From a virus: a stretch of DNA of 32,989 nucleotides. Position numbers and translations under genes: made by a program. The notes below the pieces were generated by a model, which saw nothing but the letters and a program-made list of their open reading frames with translations, did no database searches and was not told the DNA's origin. The stretch lies in the IMG/VR virus record IMGVR_UViG_3300025677_000016; one strand, 5' to 3'. Positions 15,641-24,499 of this stretch are shown in pieces (position 1 is the first letter of the stretch; each line of letters starts with the position of its first letter).

Positions 15641-16078
15641 ATGAAAAGGCTCTTACTCTCGACACTGCTTCTCATGCTGTGCCCGCTGGCGCTGGCGCAG
15701 TATTCGACAGCAACGCTGACTCACGGGCTGACTAATATCGCAGGCGCGTTCACTACAAACCTGATCGTGAACGCTGTCATTGATACGAGCGACAGTCCGA
15801 ACACCGCGTTGCAAGCCAGCTTTAAACTGCATGACGGTGTGGAGACTGGCGACGTGACTTTCACCTTCCGGCCAATGCTCACAAGCACAACGCCAACTAA
15901 AACAGATCAGGATGTTACGTGGGTAGTCGCGGCAACAGCAACCACAACCGCAGTTGCTGTGACTAATTGGCCTAGCCTTGGCTACGGCTACTTGAAGCTA
16001 GTCTCGATTCAAAACGCAAACACAGCGGTCGTCACAAACCTTGTACTCACCTACAGCATCAAGAAAGGTGCGCAATGA
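15641..16078 (+). CDS. Protein with a strong Sec-type signal peptide (MKRLLLSTLLLMLCPLALA/QY), beta-rich, function unknown
   Basis: Internal ATG of track ORF 15476-16078; classic n-h-c signal-peptide layout. Confidence 0.6.
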   Translation: MKRLLLSTLLLMLCPLALAQYSTATLTHGLTNIAGAFTTNLIVNAVIDTSDSPNTALQASFKLHDGVETGDVTFTFRPMLTSTTPTKTDQDVTWVVAATATTTAVAVTNWPSLGYGYLKLVSIQNANTAVVTNLVLTYSIKKGAQ

Positions 16079-16881
16079 CAATCACGAGAATCGCAGAATC
16101 CGCAGTCACGGCAAACCGACTTGTGAAAGCCGGCACCGCTGCAACACAATGCGCGCTTTGCGGCGCTGGTGAAACTCCGATTGGAGTCAGCGCGAACAGC
16201 GCAGGCACAGGTGAAATCGTGACGATTCATCCAGTCTCTGGCGACCCTGCTTGTGTGACCGCTACAGACTCCATCGAGTTTCTTACTGCCACTGGTTGGA
16301 CCAGCACAAACTGGACTGGTGGATGGGTTGCTGGATGGGCGCACACAGCCGGGAACACAAGCGCGCTAAGTTACCCAACGGCGCCGGTGGCAGGCCGCAG
16401 GTATACGATCACTTGGGTTGTATCGTCACACACAGCGGGCACGTTCTCAATCGCGTTCGGTGGTCGCACGATACCGACTCTTAGCAAGTCTGGGTCAGTC
16501 ACGATTGACGCGACAACGACGGACGTGCTCACCGTCACTCCGGTCTCCGCATTCGACGGAACGCTCGCACTCTCCATCAAGTGTTCAAGGATTCAGTTCG
16601 GGGATTCTGTTGGAGTTGCCGCGGGAGGCCTGGCACAGACTCACAGCACTGGACTACTCGTTGGCAGTGCGATCAGCGATGCTAACACTGGCGAGACTTT
16701 AACTCTCTCGTATAGCTCCGGACTGACCGGAGGAGGTGGGCCAGTGATTAACGTCGTGGCCTCTGTGCCTACTGCTGATCCTGGAGTTGCTTCCGGCACT
16801 AGCGCCTTCGCGTTCCATTACGACACAAGCTTTAAGGGGCTGTACTTCTGGAACGGCACAGCTTGGGAACAGCTCGTCTAA
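16075..16881 (+). CDS. Head decoration / fibre protein: DUF2190-like N-terminal domain plus C-terminal extension
   Basis: N-terminal ANRLVKAGTAA...PIGVSANSAGTGEIVTIHPVSG matches the DUF2190 pattern as I recall it. The C-terminal YFWNGTAWEQL is fibre-like. Confidence 0.5.
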   Translation: MTITRIAESAVTANRLVKAGTAATQCALCGAGETPIGVSANSAGTGEIVTIHPVSGDPACVTATDSIEFLTATGWTSTNWTGGWVAGWAHTAGNTSALSYPTAPVAGRRYTITWVVSSHTAGTFSIAFGGRTIPTLSKSGSVTIDATTTDVLTVTPVSAFDGTLALSIKCSRIQFGDSVGVAAGGLAQTHSTGLLVGSAISDANTGETLTLSYSSGLTGGGGPVINVVASVPTADPGVASGTSAFAFHYDTSFKGLYFWNGTAWEQLV

Positions 16882-16882
16882 C

Positions 16883-17182
16883 ATGCCACTGGCGTCCATA
16901 GCAAACGAAGGCGCAACTGTACTACTGAGCGCAGTATCAGACACGCTCACATATTCTGGTACAAGCTATGCCTGCGTGCCGGCGCACATACAACAAGGGA
17001 ACACTGTGACAGTTGGCGGCAAGGAAGAGGAGCTTACCATGTCGTTTGCATTCCGACCTGGCAGCACTCCGACAACCGGACAGAAAATCACTTACAACAG
17101 CAAGTCCTATCGAATCGCGTCCGTTCAACACAACGCAAACAATTCAACAGTTATCGCACTATGCACTTCACCAAATATCTGA
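16883..17182 (+). CDS. Head-tail adaptor (head closure) candidate
   Basis: ...GQKITYNSKSYRIASVQHNANNSTVIALC resembles the C-terminal pattern of HK97 gp9 / SPP1 gp16-type adaptors. Confidence 0.45.
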   Translation: MPLASIANEGATVLLSAVSDTLTYSGTSYACVPAHIQQGNTVTVGGKEEELTMSFAFRPGSTPTTGQKITYNSKSYRIASVQHNANNSTVIALCTSPNI

Positions 17183-20100
17183 TTCTCCTAGTTGCGCTGT
17201 GCGGGATGGCCCAAGCGCAGATCATCAAGAGCAACGTGTTCGTGCGCACTGATGTCACGAATGAAACCGACAAAGCCGCGGCCCGTGCTTTGCTGGGGAT
17301 TTCTGAGTGGGTAACGAACAGCGTTCCGTCCTACACAAACATCGTCGCGGACCTGACCGCGCTTGCAGCGTACAGCGGCGCAGAGGATAGCGTCCTAGTC
17401 TCGGACGCGAATACCGGCGGCACGTTTACACGCGAGACCGCTGTGACTTCAGACGGGGTGCTAATCGTCACGAATGCTGCCAGCGGCGACGTGTTCAGGC
17501 GGCAGCACGGAGGACCTATCCTAGCGGAGTGGTTCGGACTCGCGTCCGGCACTGATAACGCAACAGCAATCGCAAACACTGCTGCGCTAAACGCGGCATT
17601 GAGCTTCGCCTCGAGAAACCGTTGGACGGTGGTGTTGAGAGGGGATTCAAATTACCGCTTTGACCTTGGTATTGTTGTCCCGGACAACACCACACTAGAT
17701 GGGCGTTTTGCGCTGATGACATTCCAGAACGCAAGCGAGCTTTCAACCGTGCGGGGTGTGCCAGCGATCACCATCGGCAGCCAGAGCACTGTTCGCAATC
17801 TCAACATTTATGGAAGTGGAGTCGACGAGGCGACATGTATAAAAGACCGAACCGGCTGGGATACGAGATTCATCATCGACAACGTGATGATCCGATCTAC
17901 CTGGAGAATCGGAGTCGATATTGCTGGAGCAACTCCCGCGTTACACAACATCTTTCTAAGCGCAGGCTCAGTTATTCCGTTGCGTATGAACTTGGCTTCA
18001 GTGTGCGACGTGCAGGGATTCACTGCGATCAACAACCGGATTGTTGATCTTGAAAAAACAAACTTCATCGCTTCCGTCGCTCGAACGACGAACGTCGTCA
18101 CGGTCACGACCGGCGCAGCGCATGACCTTATTCCGGGACAGCGGGTGCGCATGACGAACATTATTGACGCTAGTCTCAACATTGACGGTTACGTGCGGAC
18201 GACCGCCGATGATACGACATTCACAATGTACTCCGTCGGAAGTGATGTCGTCGCAAACCCAGCGGAATCCGGCACACTCATCGAAAGGCCAGCAGGGGTG
18301 GTTGGTCATAATGTGGTTACCGGCAACTTCGATGGTGTGAATGTGGAGGGCGCGACCACCAACGCGCTGCCCGACTTCGTGATTATGTCGGATGCGCAAA
18401 ACAATTTCTCGACATGGAAAAACTGGTGGACTGAAGAGTTTGAAAAGACGTTCACACTCCTTGGTGGGACACACATAATCACGAGAGGAAACGACATCAA
18501 AGACATCGTGATGGATGTTCGGCCAGGAGCGCGAGTCCAAGGACTTGAGGGGTGGTATCCAACGCCGAGCAATGAAGTGCTAGGCAAGGCAAAGTATCTC
18601 TACTATTTCAACGAGGGTGTTGGTAGTAATGTAGTAGACCATGCCGGCAACTACGATTTGCCGATCGCGGTGAATAGCGCGTGGACTAACACGCCATACG
18701 GTCCAGCCCTGCAAATGCAAACGGCTTCCAAGGTCGCGCAGACGGCGGCAACAATTCCCGCCGCGCTCGTTGCTGACTCATCATGGGCCGTCGCGTGGTG
18801 CTGGTACGCGCCGGCGCTGTCGGCTGGCAATAACGGTATGCAAGCTGCCTTCCGTCTCTACGAATCATCCAGCCACTATCTTTTCGTTGGACCGTACAGC
18901 AGCAGCAAAATCTACATATTGTCACGGGCATTGCAAAACATGAGCAGGAATATCATGAGCGATAACTATCACACGGGGTGGCAGTGGCACGCGCTTGTTC
19001 ATGATGCGGATCATGGCACCATGACTTACTTGCAACTGCAAGACGAATCGGGTGTTACTGAATGGAGTTGGAAAGGTGGTTCATACTTCACTCCGAGCAC
19101 TAATGTCCCATTAAACTTCAACTATTCGTCCAGTGCTTCCACTGCGCCATGGCAGACATGCTACACATTTTTTGGAGTGTGGACAAATACGATTGACCGA
19201 ACTGATCTGAAATGGCTTGCGAGCAACCTAAGCTTGTTGCGAGCTGGAGCCCCAAAGACAAGCACGTTTGCGCACGTACTCAAGCCGGCAACAGCAGCGG
19301 TTCAAGCTGGCAGCGGGGAAGCGGTTCTATCGGCTGGCGCGTATGGTTCCAAAACCACACTCTACGTGAGCCAGGATGGGGGCGTGACGCAACCGATTGA
19401 GCTGCGACAGCGCAGTTCAATCACAACGTCGCGTGGGTCGCTGGCTGGTGAGATGATGAATTCCTCTGCAATTGCAGGCTGCGAAAGTGGATGGACGCTG
19501 TCGAATCCTGCGGCCACCAACTGGATCTTGGGTGGTACTAGTTACGCTTACCTGAACAACGGCGACGGCAATGGTGGAGTCGCGATCACAAACACCATGC
19601 AGGCTCCAATCCGGGGTGGCGATACCGCATGGAACAGGGTCTATGACGTGACCGTGACGCTCGCGAGCGCCTGCACGATCACGAATAACGCGACCATCGA
19701 AGTGAGTTTGGGCGGCAATGTGATAGGTCAGATCGAGACCACAACATCATCGTTCAGCGCAACCGCGCTGTGCGGCAGCGCGACAAATCTCATTTTCACG
19801 ATCAGGAGTCCCACGACAAATTCCCAAGTACTGATCGAGTTTGATACTGTCTCAGTTGTTCCGTGGGCTAGCGGTGACCTGATGCACTCGCACAGCTACT
19901 CGGCTGCGAGTCTTGTTCCGTCTGCTAGTGCGGCCCCTTACTTCGAGTTCAGCGCAAGCGGTAGCAACGCTGCGACCGCAGACGTGAAAACTAACATCCT
20001 TGCACTTGCAACTACTACTGTCACAGATGTTCCTGAAATCATTGGTCAGATAGTCACGGGTGACAATGGTGGAAACTGGGTCGTGCGCGGTAAGGTGTTT

Positions 20101-20295
20101 GCCACAGCATCCGATGACTATGCGCTTGAGCTTACCTATATTGATCCAACCACGACAACTAACATCGTGACTGCTACCACAGACCTAACGCGATGGGCCT
20201 GGGCTAACGCGGGCTACATCTACTTTGGAGCGCGAGACGACAGCGCAGACTCGGGAGTAACCATCAAAGCAAGCTCGGTCGAAATCAAACCCTAA
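17161..20295 (+). CDS. 1044-aa protein with a signal-peptide-like N-terminus, a pectate-lyase-type right-handed beta-helix and a LamG/ConA-like domain; depolymerase or fibre candidate
   Basis: MHFTKYLILLVALCGMAQA/Q; AARALLGI; GPILAEWFGLASGTDNATAIANTAALNAAL...VVLRGDSNYRF (pectate_lyase_3-like); YLYYFNEGVGSNVVDHAGNYDL (LamG-like). Confidence 0.65.
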   Translation: MHFTKYLILLVALCGMAQAQIIKSNVFVRTDVTNETDKAAARALLGISEWVTNSVPSYTNIVADLTALAAYSGAEDSVLVSDANTGGTFTRETAVTSDGVLIVTNAASGDVFRRQHGGPILAEWFGLASGTDNATAIANTAALNAALSFASRNRWTVVLRGDSNYRFDLGIVVPDNTTLDGRFALMTFQNASELSTVRGVPAITIGSQSTVRNLNIYGSGVDEATCIKDRTGWDTRFIIDNVMIRSTWRIGVDIAGATPALHNIFLSAGSVIPLRMNLASVCDVQGFTAINNRIVDLEKTNFIASVARTTNVVTVTTGAAHDLIPGQRVRMTNIIDASLNIDGYVRTTADDTTFTMYSVGSDVVANPAESGTLIERPAGVVGHNVVTGNFDGVNVEGATTNALPDFVIMSDAQNNFSTWKNWWTEEFEKTFTLLGGTHIITRGNDIKDIVMDVRPGARVQGLEGWYPTPSNEVLGKAKYLYYFNEGVGSNVVDHAGNYDLPIAVNSAWTNTPYGPALQMQTASKVAQTAATIPAALVADSSWAVAWCWYAPALSAGNNGMQAAFRLYESSSHYLFVGPYSSSKIYILSRALQNMSRNIMSDNYHTGWQWHALVHDADHGTMTYLQLQDESGVTEWSWKGGSYFTPSTNVPLNFNYSSSASTAPWQTCYTFFGVWTNTIDRTDLKWLASNLSLLRAGAPKTSTFAHVLKPATAAVQAGSGEAVLSAGAYGSKTTLYVSQDGGVTQPIELRQRSSITTSRGSLAGEMMNSSAIAGCESGWTLSNPAATNWILGGTSYAYLNNGDGNGGVAITNTMQAPIRGGDTAWNRVYDVTVTLASACTITNNATIEVSLGGNVIGQIETTTSSFSATALCGSATNLIFTIRSPTTNSQVLIEFDTVSVVPWASGDLMHSHSYSAASLVPSASAAPYFEFSASGSNAATADVKTNILALATTTVTDVPEIIGQIVTGDNGGNWVVRGKVFATASDDYALELTYIDPTTTTNIVTATTDLTRWAWANAGYIYFGARDDSADSGVTIKASSVEIKP

Positions 20296-20298
20296 CCT

Positions 20299-20709
20299 AT
20301 GACTATGAAGAAACTACTCATTGCAATCATCGGGCTGGCGCTCATTGCGCCAGCGTGGTCGGCGGACGATGACCCTATCACTGCTGTTGAAACCACAGAG
20401 CTGACCCGACTGGAAGACGCCGGTTTCACGGTGCGTGTCGCGATGACGCCGGTGGTCAAATCCGGTGGGACGAACATCGCGAGCGTTGACAAGATCATTG
20501 TCGAACGTTGGGCCAAACGGCGAAAGTTGGTCAACGGCGTGCAGGTCGGTAATGCGACGTCAGTCAAGATCGACGAGCGGGACTGCACGGCGTGGTTCAT
20601 GGCGCGCATTAACCCGGCAACCGGGCTGCCTGTTGCGCTGAACATTGCGCCTGATCGTGGTTCCTGGGCACAGCGTGCCTACCGACAATCGGCACCAGTC
20701 GGGGAGTAA
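20299..20709 (+). CDS. Secreted protein, 136 aa (signal peptide MTMKKLLIAIIGLALIAPAWS/AD)
   Basis: Track ORF with a clear signal peptide. Confidence 0.6.
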   Translation: MTMKKLLIAIIGLALIAPAWSADDDPITAVETTELTRLEDAGFTVRVAMTPVVKSGGTNIASVDKIIVERWAKRRKLVNGVQVGNATSVKIDERDCTAWFMARINPATGLPVALNIAPDRGSWAQRAYRQSAPVGE

Positions 20710-20716
20710 GCTGCAT

Positions 20717-21052
20717 ATGGGCAAACCAATTGGAGAACTTCAGGGCTGGTGGGCGTCGAGCCATAAGGTACTGCTTGCAACGTGGCCAATGCTCCTCGCG
20801 TTGGGAGCTTGGCAAGTAAGACAGACCTTTGGACTTGCAGCGCAGATTCAGGAGGAGCGCATCGAGGCGAGGGCCTATACCGACAAAGCTGTAAGTGGGG
20901 CACTGGCCCAAGTGTTCCTGGAGATCAGCAACCTCAAGACCACCATCGCAACCATGCCCGCGAAGACGCCTCCTGACTGGTGGGAGCTGTTTGTGCGCAC
21001 TGAACTAAAAGAGCTTGACGATCGAGTCAAGGCCATTGAAAGGAAACCATGA
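20717..21052 (+). CDS. N-terminally anchored membrane protein with a coiled-coil C-terminus (i-spanin-like topology)
   Basis: Internal ATG of track ORF 20645-21052. TM segment VLLATWPMLLALGAW, followed by a helical, charged region. Confidence 0.45.
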   Translation: MGKPIGELQGWWASSHKVLLATWPMLLALGAWQVRQTFGLAAQIQEERIEARAYTDKAVSGALAQVFLEISNLKTTIATMPAKTPPDWWELFVRTELKELDDRVKAIERKP

Positions 21053-21315
21053 GAAAACTAGTCAAAACCGTAGTTCCGTTGAAGGTTGGTAAGGTGTTCG
21101 AGTTCCCGTGCAACCGGTTCCTCGACTGGCACGTTGCAGGACGGCAAGTTGTCATCCGTTGCCTAAACTGGACGGAAGGCGAGCCTGCGCCGTGCGAGTG
21201 GGTTGTGATCGAGGATGGTGGCACGGTACCAGAGGGGTTCGGCTTCGCGGCTAAACTTCAAGGGTCCACCAGCAAGGCATACTTGCTTGCGAGTACCTGC
21301 ATTGGGAACGTCTGA
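21049..21315 (+). CDS. Hypothetical protein, 88 aa
   Basis: Track ORF with ATGA coupling. Confidence 0.5.
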   Translation: MRKLVKTVVPLKVGKVFEFPCNRFLDWHVAGRQVVIRCLNWTEGEPAPCEWVVIEDGGTVPEGFGFAAKLQGSTSKAYLLASTCIGNV

Positions 21316-21620
21316 TGCGCTGGCTTGCCCTCACCCTGCTCGGTGCCCTGCTCTGTGGGTGCACGACCTACAACGAGCGGTTCACGTACGTCGATCCTAA
21401 TACTGGATCGACCAATCACACGGTGCATATCAGTTACCGAAGCTGTCTAATGTGGGGTGAGGCTGCGAAGCTGAAGACTGAGACTCAGACAATGGAGTTC
21501 ATCCGCACCGTCAACGCTGACGGACTAGTTAGCAAGCCGGACGCTGACTCGATCAAGGCCATTGCTGACGGAATAGTGCAGGCGATTTTAAACGCAGCAT
21601 CGCAAGGAGCTGTGCCGTGA
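21315..21620 (+). CDS. Predicted lipoprotein, 101 aa (o-spanin-like or exclusion lipoprotein)
   Basis: MRWLALTLLGALLCGC, lipobox-like LCG/C. The start overlaps the upstream stop (TGATG). Confidence 0.5.
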   Translation: MRWLALTLLGALLCGCTTYNERFTYVDPNTGSTNHTVHISYRSCLMWGEAAKLKTETQTMEFIRTVNADGLVSKPDADSIKAIADGIVQAILNAASQGAVP

Positions 21621-21805
21621 CACCAGAAGTCGTCAACCGCATTGTCGCAAAGCTGACGAGTGGTCAGTGGCTTCTCACCATGTCTGCCGCTTTTGTATTC
21701 GCATGGTGCGCGGTCAATGCTGTGTTGGACAAGGAGACAATCTCGACCTTGCTCGGTGTCATCTTCACGTTTTACTTCTCGCGACAGAGGAACCAGACTC
21801 AATGA
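21617..21805 (+). CDS. Small two-TM membrane protein, 62 aa (holin-like topology)
   Basis: Two hydrophobic segments (WLLTMSAAFVFAWCAVNAVL and ISTLLGVIFTFYF) with a charged C-terminus. GTG start overlaps the upstream TGA. Confidence 0.45.
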   Translation: MTPEVVNRIVAKLTSGQWLLTMSAAFVFAWCAVNAVLDKETISTLLGVIFTFYFSRQRNQTQ

Positions 21806-22581
21806 GGCCAACAGTCACCATCGACACGTCCGAGTTTCAGCGTGCGCTGAGGCGGCACTTGGCTACAACGTCGCGTGAGTTATCCGAGGCTGTGAACATG
21901 CGGCTTGCTGCTGTGTTGATGCGAACGTTTCTGTTTCTTGATCCGCGCAATCCGCAAGCAAAGCGCGATGAAGTCAAAGGAATACTAACGAGAGAGATTG
22001 AGGAACGGACAAGGACCACGAAGAGCGGTAAAGTGAAAAGACTAGGGAGGCTGCGGCAATTCCAGTTCCGACACAAGATCATCAATGCGATGCGCGGCAA
22101 GCGCGGGCAAGCTGGCCTTTACGGTCAAGCAATGCGTGATGCTTCTGGATCGTTTCTTCGCGGACGCACTTCGTCTGTTGGTGCAATGAAGGCTCTTGTT
22201 GTGCGAATGCTTCGCAAGGTAATGCCTGCATTCACTCAGTTTGGAAGTGTGACTAAGAAGAGTGGAGGCCGACAGGTCAAAGGCAACGCAATGCTAATTC
22301 GTTTGGCAGGCCAGTACAACCATGCTGCAAGCAACGTTGGGGTCAGCAGCAACGTTAGCAAGCGACAAAGCGCAACAGGTAAGACAGCTGTGCCAGGGTG
22401 GAAGCCGTTCGCTGAAGTCTCTGGAGAGTACGGAGTGAAAGCAGGCCAAGACCCGAAAGTTAACGCGCGCTACCAAGCCGCCGTCCAGAGGGCATTCGCA
22501 GACGAGACTCGGGAGATGATTGACCACCTACGCGCCAAGGTACTGGACAATGCTGAGGCCGCAGGCTTCATAGTCAAATGA
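21802..22581 (+). CDS. Virion / neck-tail completion protein candidate, 259 aa
   Basis: Internal ATG 21802 (ATGA overlap) of track ORF 21667-22581. Its position is just before the tail-terminator-like and tube genes. Confidence 0.5.
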   Translation: MRPTVTIDTSEFQRALRRHLATTSRELSEAVNMRLAAVLMRTFLFLDPRNPQAKRDEVKGILTREIEERTRTTKSGKVKRLGRLRQFQFRHKIINAMRGKRGQAGLYGQAMRDASGSFLRGRTSSVGAMKALVVRMLRKVMPAFTQFGSVTKKSGGRQVKGNAMLIRLAGQYNHAASNVGVSSNVSKRQSATGKTAVPGWKPFAEVSGEYGVKAGQDPKVNARYQAAVQRAFADETREMIDHLRAKVLDNAEAAGFIVK

Positions 22582-23054
22582 GCGGCTACAACCCCATCCT
22601 AAGCGGCTACAACGCCATCCTACTAAGAGCGCAAAAAGCGTTGTACCAGTACATATCCGCTCAGACGTTCACTTGGACCTACTCGGGGACGAGCGTGACG
22701 GTTGGTAAGTACCGCGGCATAGACAACGCGGACCTGACACTGCCTGCGATCATCTGCAACGCGACGAACGCGGAGCATGAGGATGTTCCTTGGTGGACTG
22801 GCAACTGGCGGGTGACGGCTGAGATTCTGCTACGCGAGGCGGCAGACGATTGCACGGAGGACGAACACCTAACGCACGCAGGGGAAGTCATGGACACCAT
22901 CGTTTCGAGCAGCCTAGTCGCGGATATAAACACGGCGTGCACAAGTACAATCGAGGTTGTGAGGGCTGGACCTCCGGCGACCATAAGCTACTCCATTTCA
23001 AATCGTCATTGGGAGAGCAGCATCGCATTCACAATGCTAGTCAACAACACGTAA
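22578..23054 (+). CDS. Tail completion / terminator candidate (DUF3168-like by position and size)
   Basis: Immediately upstream of the tube genes. The N-terminus carries a 21-bp tandem duplication (SGYNPIL SGYNAIL). Confidence 0.4.
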   Translation: MSGYNPILSGYNAILLRAQKALYQYISAQTFTWTYSGTSVTVGKYRGIDNADLTLPAIICNATNAEHEDVPWWTGNWRVTAEILLREAADDCTEDEHLTHAGEVMDTIVSSSLVADINTACTSTIEVVRAGPPATISYSISNRHWESSIAFTMLVNNT

Positions 23055-23067
23055 CCAAGGATATCTT

Positions 23068-23481
23068 ATGGCAACCACAGTGGTCGGAAGCGGCAGACTC
23101 TACCTCGCGCCAAACGCTTCTCTAGGAACTTCGTTTGGCACGCACACGGTTGAGGAAGCTACCATCACGCAATCTGGCGAGGCTCCTGTTGAATCACAGG
23201 TTGCTGGAAGCTACGCGCTTATTGCGGTTAAGGACGCGATGAAGCTTGAACTCACAGCCACCTACGTCACAACAGATATAGTCTCACTACCGGCGCACGG
23301 GACATCACACACGCTCGCCAACATGCCAAGCATCACATGGAACTCCGTTGCCAACGCGATTAACGAGGTTGCATTAACCGGCAAGTGGACTCTGACAGCC
23401 CTGACAAATCCAGTGGCATACGATCAGGTATCGCGTTGCACTGCGACGTTCACGAAGTGGGCGGGCATTGTCCGATCATAG
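23068..23481 (+). CDS. Major tail (tube) protein, paralogue 1, 137 aa
   Basis: Position upstream of the chaperone and tape measure. Paralogous to the next gene. Confidence 0.6.
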   Translation: MATTVVGSGRLYLAPNASLGTSFGTHTVEEATITQSGEAPVESQVAGSYALIAVKDAMKLELTATYVTTDIVSLPAHGTSHTLANMPSITWNSVANAINEVALTGKWTLTALTNPVAYDQVSRCTATFTKWAGIVRS

Positions 23482-23491
23482 GGCGCGCGTT

Positions 23492-23905
23492 ATGGCAACC
23501 ACCGTTTATGGTAGTGGCAGACTCTACGTAGGATCATCGGCCTCGTTGGGCGCAAGCTTCGGCACTCACACTATCGAGGAAGTCACCATCACGCAATCTG
23601 GCGAGGCTCCGGTTGAAAGCATGGCCACCGGCTCGAACGCGCTCGTTGCAGTCAAAGACGCAAGCAAGGCCGAGTTGTCTGTGACATTCTTAACAAACGC
23701 TACCGTGACAATCCCGGCTATCGGAACGGCTCACACATTCGACCACATGCCCGAGGTTGAGATATTCGCAACGCCGGACGGTATCAATGATACGAGCACG
23801 ACCGGGAAATGGACGCTAACGGAGGTTACGAATCCAGTGGCCTACGATCAGGTACAGAGATGCACGGCAACGTTCGTTAAGTGGCGCGGGATGAAGCGAT
23901 CCTGA
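23492..23905 (+). CDS. Major tail (tube) protein, paralogue 2, 137 aa
   Basis: Starts at ATG 23492 (MATTVYGSGRLY...) and is collinear with paralogue 1 over its full length. Confidence 0.6.
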   Translation: MATTVYGSGRLYVGSSASLGASFGTHTIEEVTITQSGEAPVESMATGSNALVAVKDASKAELSVTFLTNATVTIPAIGTAHTFDHMPEVEIFATPDGINDTSTTGKWTLTEVTNPVAYDQVQRCTATFVKWRGMKRS

Positions 23906-23906
23906 G

Positions 23907-24497
23907 ATGGACCCGGCATTCAAAAATGCGAACGAGTCACGACTGACCGGCCACGTCGTTTATGGCCTGCCGCTCTATCCACTCACAATCGGTCACGTCT
24001 TTCTACTCTCTGACTTGGACGTGACATTCCTGGTGGACCAGAACGTTGAGCCGCAGATTGATGACATGCTGCTCTTCACCTTCACGGCGGCGCACAAACG
24101 CGCAGCGCAGGCGAGGCGGGCGTTGGCCTTCCCCTGGTTGCTTGCAAGCAAGCTATTCTTCTTCGTGTGGGGATTGTTCGCACGCAGAAAGAATCCGATC
24201 CTCGAAATGGCTAGGCTTCATGCGTACCTGGACAGCCAGGGGAAATCTCCACAGGTAAAGCCACCGAAAGGTGAAAGCGTGACGCTCAACGCTCCCGAGC
24301 ACTGGCGTCTGCTTGTGATGCTGATGGTTGACTTCCATATGCAGATGAAGGACGCACTCGACGTGCCGTTGAACTTCGCGCGCAATCTCTGGGCAGTGCA
24401 AGGTGAGCGCGAACAGAAGATTGCCTTGGCTTGGACTCCGAACACCAGTGCGGCTATCGCGCAACTCAAGCGCAAGCTTCAAGAGGAGGGCAAGTAG
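23907..24497 (+). CDS. Tail assembly chaperone candidate (by position)
   Basis: It lies between the tube and tape-measure genes. I found no canonical slippery heptamer. Confidence 0.35.
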   Translation: MDPAFKNANESRLTGHVVYGLPLYPLTIGHVFLLSDLDVTFLVDQNVEPQIDDMLLFTFTAAHKRAAQARRALAFPWLLASKLFFFVWGLFARRKNPILEMARLHAYLDSQGKSPQVKPPKGESVTLNAPEHWRLLVMLMVDFHMQMKDALDVPLNFARNLWAVQGEREQKIALAWTPNTSAAIAQLKRKLQEEGK

Positions 24498-24499
24498 CT

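Noticed and set aside
23907-24497. A lambda G/GT-style programmed -1 frameshift in the tail chaperone gene
   Set aside because: The only candidate, caggggaaatct near 24237, does not fit X XXY YYZ in the zero frame. No separate T-like ORF exists, since the -1 frame runs into the TMP frame itself. The idea remains possible but is unsupported.
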